Source of the DNA: Podarcis vaucheri
Taxonomy: Eukaryota
Reading direction: 5' to 3' (one strand)
DNA: 64,000 nucleotides
NCBI GenBank assembly: GCA_965113315.1
Contig: OZ220371.1
Notes under the pieces: model-generated
What the model saw: the letters and a program-made list of their open reading frames with translations, nothing else
Database searches by the model: none
Told to the model about the DNA's origin: nothing
Translations under genes and position numbers: made by a program
Part shown: positions 1 to 12,330 of the stretch, piece by piece
Numbering within the stretch: position 1 is the stretch's first letter
Layout: every line of letters starts with the position of its first letter

Positions 1-249
1 TGTAATAGCCGCTTACCCCATTTCCTCATCATTTCCTGAACGCTTTGCTTTTCCAGGAGAATTTTTGTAGCAGATGCAGTTTTGCTGAAGCCCAAAGCTA
101 ATAGTTAATTCTAGGCAGTAGGAACAAAGGGGAGGACATCATTTAGTGAAGGAAAGTAAGTTAGAAATTAGTTAATCACCCAACCTGCCCATTTAAAAAA
201 AGTTTTTTTATTTACAGAGAAGAGAAAGAACAGGGGCGGTGTGTGTGTT

Positions 250-530
250 TCTGACCTTGTTTTGAATAATTGCCCCTAATTTTAAATGATGATCTTCACC
301 TGGCAATTGTTATGGCCTAAATTTATATTTGCGCCTCCTGCGTGTCTCCATGAATATCTGTCAGCATCCTCATTTATCTGAGCAACATAAATCAGCTCTT
401 GATTCAAGCCAGGACAATGATAAATATTTGCTGAATGTCTGTTTTGGTGATACAAGAGGCCAAAAGGGGCCAAAAAAAGTTTTCATTAGTTTTGAAGAAT
501 CATCATGCTGTAAATTGATACTGTAAGAAA
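250..530. promoter_or_regulatory. Putative conserved non-coding enhancer block
   Basis: Unique AT-rich, repeat-free DNA. MEIS site CTGTCA at 358-363 lies 22 bp from a PBX-HOX site CATAAATCA (TGATTTATG on minus) at 386-394. Conservation is inferred, not shown. Confidence 0.4.
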
Positions 531-853
531 ATCAAGGGCTACCCCCCCCTCCAACCTTATTCCAAGTGGTGGAAACTAGACTAGGGTTTGGGGAAGACAT
601 GCTTTTGCAGTTCTTCCAGTAGAAACACATTTACTATTGCTCAGTGAAATAAATGCTGGGAGGCCCTGGAAGTTAATATTTGATTTATATCTTGGAAGAT
701 ATGTGTATATGTGGGTTTGTGTTGGTTTTAGCCTATAGTCTGAAACACTTCAGGGCCAACATACAATAGGGTAGTAGTATCATGCTACAAGTTGCATCAA
801 AGTTGAAGATAGTGCCAGCTCTGTGGGTCTGATAATACATATGAACTTTAGTC

Positions 854-1210
854 CAGGGTTGGGAAACCTCAGCCCAGGGGGCAAATATGGACCTCCAGGT
901 CTGGCTCTCAGAAAATTTCCCAGGCCACACCTCTGCCCATTATAAACATCCTATTCCCAGGCTACATCCCTTAGTGGTTCTACTCTGTACCCTCCTTAAA
1001 TGCTTTTGCTAGGTGGAATGTATCCTTGAACTGTAGTTATGGCGCCCTTTCCTGGTTTGAGAATAGAGATATGTGTGGAATATAGAAACCTTGGGCTTTT
1101 ACTGTACAAAGGTCACTTTTGTCTCTGGCCCCATCCCAAACTGATATGTGGTCCCCAGAAAGTTGCCCATGAGATCATGTGACACTTCAACTGAAATTTT
1201 GCCCCACTCC
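854..1210. mobile_element. Old hAT (Charlie-like) non-autonomous DNA transposon
   Basis: Starts CAGGGTTGGGGAAACCTC...GCCCAGGGG and ends ...TTGCCCCACTCC, typical squamate hAT MITE termini. No clean TSD. Confidence 0.45.
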
Positions 1211-2405
1211 ACTAGTCTAGAGGAGCAGCCACCAGTGAAATATGGCAAAACCGGGAATTGGTAGACCTGACTCTGCTCTTTCTTCCTGCCCAGTAAGGAC
1301 AGAAATTAATTGTATGCTACCTGTGGCATCTGTATTATATAATAGTTATGCATCCTAACAGACTGTGGCAACCAACCCTGCCTTTCCTTTGAATCTGCTA
1401 AATCCCAAAGCTTGTGGCTTGGTACCGTAGAAATTGACCTACATTTATTTCAGACCACCAATCTTGTCCATCCCTTGGTTGCCTAGTACCTTGTATCCCT
1501 CCCTGCTGGGCCATGAGCCTCAGTCCTGATCCAGGAGGAATTACCACTAGTCCCTTCCAGCTCAGTGTATGAAACTGACACCCTCCCTTGTGTTGATTAT
1601 CTTTGCTGAAGGGCTCTGTGGATTATAGCCCTCTCTCGAGCTTTTGGCAAGCTTTTCTACTTCTTCAGTGTCCCTGCCAGCAATGACCTTAAATCATGCA
1701 CTGGGTCTGTTTTTTCTTTCTTCTGCTTGCACCTGGACTGAGGACATGAGAGCGAATGCTGAGTGGCAAACCAGCTGCCTTTGTTTTCTCTTACCTACTG
1801 CTGGGGAGACCTAGGGTTTTTTCTACCTAGTGGAAGTCACCTCTGCTGAAGTTTGTGATGGGACCCACCAGTGAAGAACAGGGTGCAATCTCCCTTGCTG
1901 TATCACAGTACCACTATGTCGTCAAGATCTGAGATAAGAAAAGACACCGGGATATCCAGTTGCTTCCTTCATTCTTCCTTCATTTTTTAGATTTATGACA
2001 ACAGGTATGCAGTGAGGCACCCACATAGTTTAGAAGCCCACACTTAAGTAAATGATACAGACCTGGCACATTACAATTAATTATCCTACAGTTTGACTCT
2101 GTGTATTACTACTGAGAAGTAAGTCTAGTTGGGAGATATCCAGTTCACACATTCCATTAGGGCAAGGATTTACACGTGCACAGTGGAACTTCCTTCCTCT
2201 CCTGTCGCGTCTGCATGTACCCTGTACCCCTTAAACCTGTTCTAGAGGTTCCTCCAACCTTTTTGAAACAGACCTTGGGAAGGTTTGGGGTACATGCACT
2301 ATTTTGAATGCTACCCATTGAGTTCAAAAGGGCTTGTGCCCCGTTAAGTGGAAATAAGATATCACCCTTAATTAACTTAGTTTGTGCCAGGTAGCCATTT
2401 GTACC

Positions 2406-2538
2406 AGGGATGAAACCTCTAGGCCTCATGGATGCTTTTGGGCTCCAGGGCCTATCATCCAGAGCCGCATGGCCAATGGACATGGATGATGGGAGTTGGG
2501 AGTCCAGCAATATCTGGGGGCACAGAGGTTTAGCCCCT
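2406..2538. mobile_element. Degenerate palindromic hAT-type MITE
   Basis: GGATGATGGGAGTTGGGAGTCC core, shared with the younger copies at 4865, 12907 and 27637. Confidence 0.55.
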
Positions 2539-3590
2539 TCAGAATGTTTTGCATTTCTGGTTGGTTTAATTTTTTTTGCTAGAGATTATGGTGAGGAATA
2601 ATAAATAGACACAAATCTGAAATGGGAGAGTGGGAAAGTAACATTATTTATTAATTAAATTTTTGTCCTCTGAAATGAGCTCAGAGCAGCAAACAACAAC
2701 CAAGTATATATAAATATACCACAAATAAATGTGGAACAATTGTCATGATTCCGTTATGCTCTGTAACTGTGACCATGGATTTAATGTCACCTTGACCTAG
2801 AGACTGCAGCAAAAATGATATATGGCAAATTTGCTACTCATTTAGTATAATTATGCTGTGCATAGTGGCTGACAACCTTCAATTAACTTTCATTTTTTAA
2901 AATAGAGAGGAACAAAGAGAACTGGTCTTTATCACTTGAGTATACTTTTAATGAGTTATGGAGGTTGCAAGTTATCAGATGCTAGAGGCCAATACTAGTA
3001 GGTAAGAACTTGTGCATGCTTACCTATGTCACACCTTATATACTCATCCTTAATACACTGAGCAGTTAGGATTTCATTGTTTTCAGTTCAATAAATGCTC
3101 CATAAGGGAGATGCATGTAAGAGACAATATTTTTCTGCTAGGTTTGAATGGGCAAGGGGAGATACCACAATCCAATATTTCTTTTAAACTATATAAATAG
3201 AGTAGTATTGATTAGTTGACTGATAAATGTCTTATAGTTTCCTAGCTGTTTCTTTTGTGCAACCTGAGTGCTTCTGTGTTTAGTCATAGCAATGCCCACT
3301 AACTCAAATGGGACACCTCAGCCTTAATTTCATTATTTTAAAATTTGTGTGCACAGCCTAAAATACTTTCTCAATGCTGAGCTTACATGTGGGCATAAAA
3401 ACATCAAAGAGAATGGCTGCAGTGCTATGATACATGGATTTTTTTCTTCTTTTTAAAGTTTTTTCATTCAAAAACCTCATTTGCTACTTTGAGTTCCTCC
3501 AGAGCAGTGGTTCTCAAAGGGTGTGGCAGGAGAGGATGGCAAGTGTATTGGGAAGATTCAAGAACAATCAAAGAAACATTTAAACATTTC

Positions 3591-3655
3591 AGTATAGTAT
3601 AGTATAGTATAGTATAGTATAGTATAGTATAGTATAGTATAGTATAGTATAGTAT
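3591..3655 (+). repeat. (AGTAT)n pentanucleotide microsatellite
   Basis: About 13 perfect units. The array resumes after the SINE at 4016-4038. Confidence 0.97.
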
Positions 3656-3656
3656 A

Positions 3657-4015
3657 AAAGGTAAAGGTACCCCTGCCCGAACGGGCCAGTCTTGACAGAC
3701 TCTGGGGTTTGTGCGCCCATCTCACATCTATTGGCCGGGGGCCAGCGCTGTCCGGAGACACTTCCGGGTCACGTGGCCAGCGTGACAACGCTGCTCTGGC
3801 GAGCCAGAGCCACACACGGAACGCCGTTTACCTTCCCGCTGGTAAGCGGTACCTATTTATCTACTTGCCCCCGGGGGTGCTTTCGAACTGCTAGGTTGGC
3901 AGGCGCTGGGACCGAGCAGCGGGAGCGCACCCCGCCGCGGGGATTCAAACCGCCGACCTTTCGATCGGCAAGCCCTAGGCGCTGAGGCTTTAGCCCACAG
4001 CGCCACCCGCGTCCC
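3657..4015 (-). mobile_element. Sauria SINE (Squam1), full length, young subfamily
   Basis: Minus strand begins GGGACGCGGGTGGCGCTGTGGGCTAAAGCC (tRNA-related head) and ends in an (ACCTTT)n tail. Internal TACCTATTTATCTACTTG core; CpGs retained. Inserted inside the (AGTAT)n array. Confidence 0.93.
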
Positions 4016-4061
4016 ATAGTATAGTATAGTATAGTATAATATAGAAATATTCTTTCTTTGC

Positions 4062-4274
4062 AGAAATACATTGGAAAACAAAAAGAAACAACTCCTAGCA
4101 GTGCTTGAATTTGAAAAGATACCCATGTATATTCTGCAAAGAAAGAATATTTCTATAGTATAGTATAGTATAATATAATATAGAAATATTCTTTCTTTGC
4201 AGAATATACATGGGTATCTTTTCAAATTCAAGCACTGCTAGGAGTTGTTTCTTTTTGTTTTCCAATGTATTTCT
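4062..4274. repeat. Perfect 96-bp inverted repeat (palindrome) with 21-bp spacer
   Basis: Arm 4062-4157 is the exact reverse complement of arm 4179-4274. Spacer is GTATAGTATAGTATAATATAA. Confidence 0.95.
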
Positions 4275-4864
4275 TATCAATAAAAAATTCGTTTTGGCAC
4301 GAGCAAGTTTCTACTCTTGAAGTGTAGCCCAAAGGAAAAAAATGTTTGAGAAGCATTGCGCTAGAGGAAGAAAAGTGGGATAGAAACTTGCAAGACAAGC
4401 AAACAAATATGCCAGTGGACAATCACTTTCAGCTACAAGTCCAGTCAGCTTCTGTATGTGGAATGGAGGGTGCGCCATCTTGTCCAGGCTTGGGCTACCC
4501 CTGCAGCTGTGATTGCTGTGGGATACTACTCAGATGGGATGCTGTTTAATACTTCCAGGTTTCATGGGAACACTGAAACTGAAGCTCTTATCAATGCAGT
4601 GTGATACTATTGATTAGGTGTTCCATCAATTTTGCCTTGTGATGGTGGTCTGTAATGCATTTTTGGATATTAGAGTGGGAAGAGGGGCTTGCAGGACTGC
4701 CCCATGTATTCAAAATATATGGTGTACATACATCAACCTTGTCTTTCTTCTGCACTCCTGAGCTTTCTCCAGAGTGCTGGGGAAAACCCCAGAACAGATG
4801 GAGAGAGAGTGATAGAAGATGGAAGGGAAGTTCTGTTGTATAGCCAAAGGTCCTTGCACTAGAG

Positions 4865-4987
4865 CAGGGTTTCCCAAACTCTGGTCTTTAGCTGGTTTTG
4901 GACTACAACTCCCATCATCCCTAGCTAGCAGAGAAGATGGGAACTGTAATCCAAAAGCAGCTGGAGACCCAAGTTTGGGAAATCCCA
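4865..4987. mobile_element. hAT MITE with 8-bp TSD
   Basis: Termini CAGGGTTTCCCAAAC ... GTTTGGGAAATCCCA. Internal palindrome GGACTACAACTCCCATC / GATGGGAACTGTAATCC. TSD CACTAGAG at 4857-4864 and 4988-4995. Confidence 0.88.
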
Positions 4988-5020
4988 CACTAGAGGAATT
5001 ACCGGGTTGGATATTGCCTA

Positions 5021-5349
5021 AAAAGGTAAAGGTAAAGGACCCCTGACAGTTAAGCCGGCGTTTGTCCACAGACAGTTTTTCCGGGTCATGTGGCCAGCAT
5101 GACTAAGCTGCTTCTGGAGCAATGGAACATTGAAACCAGAGCAGTGCAGAGAAATGTCGTTTACCTTCCTGCCGGAGTGCTACCTATTTATCTACTTGCA
5201 CTTTTTGGCATGCTTTCGAACTGCTAGGTTGGCAGGAGCTGGTACCGAGCAACGGGAGCTCACCCCGTCGTGGGTATTCAAACCACCGACCTTCTGATCG
5301 GCAAGCCCAAGAGGCTCAGTGGTTTAGACCACAGCGCCACCCGCGTCCC
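5021..5349 (-). mobile_element. Sauria SINE with internal deletion, 14-bp TSD
   Basis: GGGACGCGGGTGGCGCTGTGG head on minus and (ACCTTT)n tail. TSD TTGGATATTGCCTA at 5007-5020 and 5350-5363. Confidence 0.93.
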
Positions 5350-5394
5350 TTGGATATTGCCTACAGTGTCAGAAGTGGTCCTAAGAACCATACC

Positions 5395-5575
5395 GCCCCA
5401 AGTGGTGCTGTGATCAGAAAAGGAAGGACTGGGTTCTAATTCCAAATCAGACATGAAATTCAATGGGTGACCTTGAGCCAGTCACCGTCAGCTCATAGGG
5501 TACCCTACTTCACAGGGTGCTCATGCTAATAAAATGGAGAAATCTCCATGTACACCCCATCGAGAACCTTAGACC
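5395..5575 (+). mobile_element. Degenerate CORE/MIR-like SINE
   Basis: CTGGGTTCTAATTCC ... GGGTGACCTTGAGCCAGTCAC ... CTACTTCACAGGGTG ... ATAAAATGG resembles the CORE domain and tail. Confidence 0.45.
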
Positions 5576-5579
5576 AAGA

Positions 5580-5693
5580 GTAGCTAATGTCATATCCTCC
5601 AGATGTTGTTGGACATCAACTCCCATCCAGTATAACTAGAGGTCAGGGATGCAGTCCAACCACATCTGGAGGGCATCTTGTTCACTACCTCTG
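5580..5693. mobile_element. Old palindromic hAT-type MITE
   Basis: CCTCCAGATGTTGTTGGAC ... GTCCAACCACATCTGGAGG internal inverted repeat. Confidence 0.55.
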
Positions 5694-6439
5694 TGGCACA
5701 CAAATAAGATTTTAAAGAACAAAACAATTTCGGCTATCAGTCACCTTGTGCTAACTCAAGACCACACAGCGTGGTCGTCAATGAATTACTATGGCTGTAC
5801 TGTTATCAGTATTCTTTCTTGCATCTGACTGCATGACTCAAAATAATATCAAAGAGAAGAATCATGTTTTCCTCCTTTTTCATGCTGTCTCCTGTCATTG
5901 CTGGAGGCATCCAGTTTTGTCATAACTTATACAATTATCAATAGCCCTTTTTTAATTTGACATTTTAAGAGCTGTGTTAGGTAAGGGATAATTAATAGCA
6001 CTTACTTGCTTTAAACTTGAGCTTTGATTTATATATAGCATAATTATGTCTAAAGCCTCTAACTCAGTGCTTACTCCACTAGGTATTTCATGTGTGTTTT
6101 GCTTTAATATGTCTCCTTCCGTATAGCAGGACTAATCCTTTACCTGGCCATCTTAAGCTCAGAAACACTGATTACATATTGTGATCTTCTTGCAAGCACC
6201 TTAATTATTTCCTGATGTTTCTTCCTTTCCTCAGTTATTTTGTGTTTCAATTCAATATAATATAAAATAAAATGGTGGATGAAATTTCATAACAAAATTT
6301 GTTGCAGGTAAAAAAAAAATCCAATGCATAAAAATTACTGTGTCTTCAAGACCAAAACATACCAGTCTTCTAAAACCCTGAATAATTTTTCCACCTAATC
6401 CCTTGGTGCCTTTTAACAAGTGAAACTATTTTTTATTTT

Positions 6440-7270
6440 TTTTATAAAATTGTCAATGGCTTTTCTCTAGATTTATTGTGGCTTCTGTTCTGCCTCGTTC
6501 CTTGTCTGTTGTATGGCAGGATAGGCACGGTAATTCATCTGTATGTGGGGGTGCATTTTCCCTTTTTACTTTACCAAGAAAGAATAATTAAAAGTTTGAA
6601 ACTCCAGTGTAAATTGGCTAGCCATAAACCAGAACAATTATTTATTCATTTGTCATGCTACAGAAGAAAACCCTTACAATAAATTTGTGCCTATCAGTGG
6701 TAATGAAATTTAATTCATCTTTAACATTCTCTATATTTTCTTTTGCAATTAATTATCTTACTAGGTTACATTCATATTAATATATGTTTCCTCTCAAATT
6801 CTAAAGAGAGTAGTGTCTCTAATTTATTTCCCATCTAGGAGCAGTTTTAAGCAGGGTCTTAATGCTGGTGATCTCTTCCTTAGTTACAAATACACACTGT
6901 GAGCGTTCTGAGATTTATATAAGCAACTAGAATCCAGATCTGGGGCTTTAATCTGCTTCTGCAGTTAAGATTAATTAGCCATTATTAATAACATTCACAA
7001 GGTGGGTAAAGTGTTGTCTTTGTGGTCTCGCAGTCTCTCTTATTTGGATTTCAAAATTGACACACGACGAAGCAGCTTTATTTCTGTGCTTGAAAAAATA
7101 GCATTATGTGAAGGAGAAGCACGTGCTGTTTTAAGCCACAAAATCTATAAGGTTAATAACTGCTATCATATTTGGGGAGACAGGGGCTGGATTAGAAAAC
7201 CCACGAAAAACAGAAGCGTCGTGTGGCTGTCAAATTTCTATGTCCAAGTGTTTAGTGTAAAAATAGTATA
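6440..7270. promoter_or_regulatory. Putative conserved non-coding element cluster
   Basis: Unique, TE-free, TAAT-rich sequence with retained CpGs (ACACGACGAAGC, AAGCGTCGTG). Function inferred from composition only. Confidence 0.35.
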
Positions 7271-8189
7271 GTATTAAATATAAAATGCAACTTAAAAAAA
7301 CTTTTTTTTAATTCAGTGCAAAATGTGTTTTTAAAAAGAAGGCAATATCTATGTTAACTTCTTTTCTTCTTTTGTGATTCTTAGCCACACCAGAGCACAT
7401 AAGTGGACACAACTCTATTTCCCCTCTCTTTTAAATGAACAGAATGAAGGCAAGAGGGGGAAAGGAAGGAAGGGTTAAATCAAATTCACAAAGAACAGTA
7501 ACAAGGAAACTCTTACATTGCTGAGTAGATTCTTAGCCACTGTTCCTTGTTTAAACAACATCTGACTAGATATCATTGGAAACTCTATGTTTGGGTAGCT
7601 GCACCTTTGTTCTGACCTATGAGCAACTGGGCATTTTTTGTGTTCTTAATGTGAACTGCAAACAGATTCAGGCTGGTTACAGAAAATTAACAGTGCAATT
7701 CCATCTATATCTACTCAGAAGTGGAGTTCAGATGAGTGTATATCGGACACAGCTTAAAAGTCACAGTTTTGATTTTATTTTGAAGACTTCACACAAACAT
7801 GGTGGAGATTTTACTAAAGGTAAAAAGTCCTATCTAGAAATTTCTGGAAATAAATTTTGAATAACTGCCAAAAATTAAGCTTAATTCCCTCCCCCCCCCC
7901 CCATATTCATCACATCCCACCATATTTGGAAACTGTACATAAGCAGTGTGCTAATGTTTTGTGCTCACAGTACCTCACTGTCTCATAAAGACATGTGAGT
8001 GGTTCTGTGTATATTGCAAATAAGGGTCAGACCCTTTTGGTTTTGATTAACCTTTCTAGCATGAGCTACGGAGCTTGGTCACACGCTGTAAATAGCTTTA
8101 TATACCCACCCATTTATAGAATAACACTTCCAAGCCAACATGTTTGGTCTTACCCCTAACCAATACCTTTTGGGAATGGCAACCCTACC

Positions 8190-8536
8190 NNNNNNNNNNN
8201 NNNNNNNNNNNNNNNNNNNNNNNNNNNNNNNNNNNNNNNNNNNNNNNNNNNNNNNNNNNNNNNNNNNNNNNNNNNNNNNNNNNNNNNNNNNNNNNNNNNN
8301 NNNNNNNNNNNNNNNNNNNNNNNNNNNNNNNNNNNNNNNNNNNNNNNNNNNNNNNNNNNNNNNNNNNNNNNNNNNNNTTTGCCATTACAGTCAGGTTNNN
8401 NNNNNNNNNNNNNNNNNNNNNNNNNNNNNNNNNNNNNNNNNNNNNNNNNNNNNNNNNNNNNNNNNNNNNNNNNNNNNNNNNNNNNNNNNNNNNNNNNNNN
8501 NNNNNNNNNNNNNNNNNNNNNNNNNNNNNNNNNNNN
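8190..8536. other. Two N-runs (188 bp and 139 bp) separated by a 20-bp sequence island
   Basis: N at 8190-8377 and 8398-8536. Island is TTTGCCATTACAGTCAGGTT. Confidence 0.98.
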
Positions 8537-9586
8537 TAACAGTTTTCTGAGATACCTGCACCTGTTATTGATTTATTTCTTCTATGTCACAAACAATCTC
8601 CTGTTTTATAATACCCTTGTATGCTGCCCTGAGGTAGTTAATTAGAAATAGTTTTGGTTGTGTGTGTGTGTTTTTTAACTCTGGGAAAAGTGGGGGAAGC
8701 TCAAAAGATATGAAATGTTCTGAATAAAGCAGATACATGGGCATGGGTATGTTTTTATTCTTATGTGGTCTCCGTTGGTGCTTGTAATACTTAGGCTTCC
8801 AACTATAATAAATGGTAGAGAATCTGACTGTCATAACACTGCAAGAGGTACTTGAAATCCATAGGTCCCCATTGTTCTGTGGTGTATTTCCAGCTAACCC
8901 TCACAATATGACCTTGAGCATCTCTTGCACAGGAAAAGTGTAACCCCCCCCTCCAAGTCATGAATAAAGTTAATATTCAGTCCCCCAACACTGTTCTAGT
9001 CCTAGTAGGAGTGAACATGGTTGAATAAAAGTGTGTATGAATGAAAGAAATGCTGAGGTGTCTTTCTGAATACACAATCACTTCCTAGTTTGAATATAGT
9101 TTTTGTTCTTTCTTTGTAGCTTTCTGTTTTATACTTGGGGATTAATATATGATCTCTGGCTTTTCAGGAAAAGTGCACACAGCCTGGGGTGGGGGACCTC
9201 TTTCTGTTTTTACTTTTTATTGCATCTTTTGACATTTTCGCAAATAAATATTTGACAGCTATGAACATCTGCAAAAGTTATTGTTATCATAACTTGAGCT
9301 CAACAGAGCTACTGGTGCTGGTGCTTGGCAGATCATATTGCAGTAAAGACGAGGAGTCCATTACAGCCTCTCTCCCTCTTTTTAAAGTCCTCTCAGGTTT
9401 ACAGGAATAACTTCTTTTTTCTGTGTTGAGGATTTTTGTTTCGTTTTGCTTCAGAAACATTTTGTAAAAAGCACGACTTCTGTTGCAATTACATTTGCCT
9501 TTGTGCCTCTACTACTTCTCCTTTATAAAATATATTTCTGTGTCATTTCTGAATTTTGTACAAATGTAATGTGAAACAATATGCAA

Positions 9587-9637
9587 GTTGTTGTTGTTGT
9601 TGATGATGATGATGTTGATGATGATGATGATGTTGTT
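9587..9637 (+). repeat. Compound (GTT)n/(GAT)n microsatellite
   Basis: GTTGTTGTTGTTGTTGATGATGAT... seen directly. Confidence 0.9.
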
Positions 9638-10088
9638 TAGGTCAATGAGACTTAGCCAGCCTTAATCCCCAAAGTAGCTTTGAACAGTATAGACCTCTAG
9701 TTCTATTAAAAGTATCCCACTTTATTATTTCTTTCTCGTATTCAGTATGCACCCAAAGGACTGAATGCATTATGTTCTCATTGAAGAAAGCAATAGAGAC
9801 AGAAATATGCAGTTAGTCATTTATGTGCATATTACAGTATAAATCGCAAAGATTAAGGGGAATCATATTTGGGAGCACTGCAATTTTGCAACCAAAAGCA
9901 CTTAAATAATTACCTTTTAAAGCAACTTTTATTGACTATGCAGGAGGATAAAAAGTAATCTTACTTGTTTTAAATGGTATAAAGTGTCCAAATGCCATTA
10001 ACATAGTGTTACAATTCTTATTTCGCTAAGATTCTTGAAGCTTACCAGAAAGAGATAAAAAATGTATAAATTCAGGAGCACTGGCTAG

Positions 10089-10372
10089 NNNNNNNNNNNN
10101 NNNNNNNNNNNNNNNNNNNNNNNNNNNNNNNNNNNNNNNNNNNNNNNNNNNNNNNNNNNNNNNNNNNNNNNNNNNNNNNNNNNNNNNNNNNNNNNNNNNN
10201 NNNNNNNNNNNNNNNNNNNNNNNNNNNNNNNNNNNNNNNNNNNNNNNNNNNNNNNNNNNNNNNNNNNNNNNNNNNNNNNNNNNNNNNNNNNNNNNNNNNN
10301 NNNNNNNNNNNNNNNNNNNNNNNNNNNNNNNNNNNNNNNNNNNNNNNNNNNNNNNNNNNNNNNNNNNNNNNN
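10089..10372. other. N-run, 284 bp
   Basis: Seen directly; flanks are unique sequence. Confidence 0.98.
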
Positions 10373-10602
10373 TGAAGATTTGTACTATGTCAGAAGTGGG
10401 CAACTCACAATAATGTTACAGGGGTTTTTAGCCTCAGCACAGCCTTGTCTCACATAGCAGATTGACAGGAAAACTTACTCCCATCATTAAGATGTGCCTC
10501 GTAGTTCATATCTTTATGCTGTAGAGTGGAGCGTGCTGTCTGAATTCATAATAGTGAGAACGTTATTTAATGTCAGATAGAATGCAAATAGCTTGTACAA
10601 TT

Positions 10603-10743
10603 NNNNNNNNNNNNNNNNNNNNNNNNNNNNNNNNNNNNNNNNNNNNNNNNNNNNNNNNNNNNNNNNNNNNNNNNNNNNNNNNNNNNNNNNNNNNNNNNNN
10701 NNNNNNNNNNNNNNNNNNNNNNNNNNNNNNNNNNNNNNNNNNN
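10603..10743. other. N-run, 141 bp
   Basis: Seen directly; flanks are unique sequence. Confidence 0.98.
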
Positions 10744-11350
10744 CTGCAAACTACATTTGCATGGTTTATCTGCTAGCTGACATAGTGGGGATGTGGGAGG
10801 CAAAGCGCGGGCTCAGAACTTCCTTTTCATTTTTTGGTTGTTTGTCTAATACAAATTAATAGCTAAAAAATGCAAGCTAAAATGCCCTGTCAAGCCTTTT
10901 TAGGGAATAAGCAAAAGCTTAGATAGGAGCATTTCATTATTTAAAGGACAAATTGTAATACAAATTTGCCATCGGTTTATTGGTAATTGATTTTCTTGGT
11001 AATTTAGTCCCATGCAAGTAGTTTGTTTCATTTAATTGAAACAATAACAAGAAGTTTGCAAGATAAGCTCATTTCACAGCATAAAGACAAAGGAATGTAT
11101 TTAAAATAGTTGGCATTCCTTGCATACAAAAACATATCCAGGGTCCCCGTCCCCCACAAATATGTATGTTCATGTGGAAAATATTGCATGTGAGCCATGA
11201 TTCTGCTGTCTTGCATATAAATATCCAGTGGAGTTGGGAAATAACACCTAGTCCTGCATAGATTTGTATTGGTAAATGAAAATAATAATTGATATACTGC
11301 TTCATGCCAGAATAGTCTTCTTAGCAGCTTACAAGTATAAAAACCACTTA

Positions 11351-11705
11351 AAGGTAAAGGTAAAGTTAAAGGGACCCCTGACCATTAGGTCCAGTTGTGG
11401 CTGACTCTGGGGTTGCGGTGCTCATCTAGCTTTATTGGCCGAGGGAGCCAGTGTACAGCTCATGTGGCCAGCATGACTAAGCCGCTTCTGGCGAACCAGA
11501 GCAGCTTACAGAAACGCCGTTTACCTTCCTGCTGGAGCGGTACCTATTTATCTACTTGTACTTTGACGTGCTTTTGAACTGCTAGGTTGACAGGAGCAGG
11601 GACCGAGCAACAGGAGCTCACCCCGTCGCGGGGATTCAAACCGCCAACCTTCTGATCGGCAAGTCCTAGGCTCTGTGGTTTAACCCACAGCACCACCCAC
11701 GTCCC
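11351..11705 (-). mobile_element. Sauria SINE (second subfamily)
   Basis: AAAGGTAAAGGTAAAG tail, GGGACCCCTGACCATTAGGTCCAG body, GGGACGTGGGTGGTGCTGTGGGTTAAACC head on minus. Short TSD CACTTA. Confidence 0.92.
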
Positions 11706-12147
11706 ACACTTACACCCATATTAAAAGATGGTGCTTATACTATCCAAACTACTTTCTTCCCACCAATAGTTGGTACTCTGGTATGATAATAACTCAAGAC
11801 TTCGTGGCACCATGAGGCAGTGCCTGTTTGTTTCCTCACAACAACTGTGGCAAGTCCCCCTCTCAATCTGATTTTCTGTACTGAACAGGAGTAAGATGAT
11901 CTGTAGATGGAGGAGTGATTAATGACTCCATTATCAGAATTAGAAAGTTTGGTTTCCTGGATTCTCTCCACCTTTGTAGAGCTGGTGAACTAGTAAGCAT
12001 GGCCTCCCTTTGAGGGCTGATGGATCCACGTAGCTTCCAGGTTGCTCTAGTGTGGGGGTGAGGAAACTCCAGGCCACTGGCCTACTTAGGCCTGTCAGGA
12101 CTCCTCACTGGCCCCACCAGGCCAATTTGGTCAAGCCACACCACGGT

Positions 12148-12330
12148 ATATAAAGCTGTCAACAGCTTGGGACCAGATTACTTACCCCATGTGTACCCAC
12201 AGAATGCACATTCCAAATTTACAAGGAACTGATCCTTCAGTGTGGCAGCACCTATGCTCTTGAACTTCTCGTACATTAATATTAGGCAGGCACCTTCATT
12301 TTATTGTTTTTAAGACATGCCTGCCTTTAT
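12148..12330 (+). mobile_element. L2-like LINE 3' fragment (old)
   Basis: TATAAAGC...AACAGCTTGGGACCAG and CCTTCAGTGTGGCAGCACCTATGCTCTTGAAC...ATTAGGCAGGCACC match the squamate L2 ORF2 end (AFSVAAPxLWN motif region). Confidence 0.55.

Noticed and set aside
3558-4280. ORFs with YYTIL repeats and mirrored LENKKKQLLAVLEFEK peptides
   Set aside because: Translations of the (AGTAT)n microsatellite, the SINE and the palindrome.
8140-10859. ORFs spanning N-runs, and N-runs as masked coding exons
   Set aside because: ORFs are open only because N has no stops. N boundaries lack consistent AG/GT pairs on either strand, although isolated edges look splice-like.
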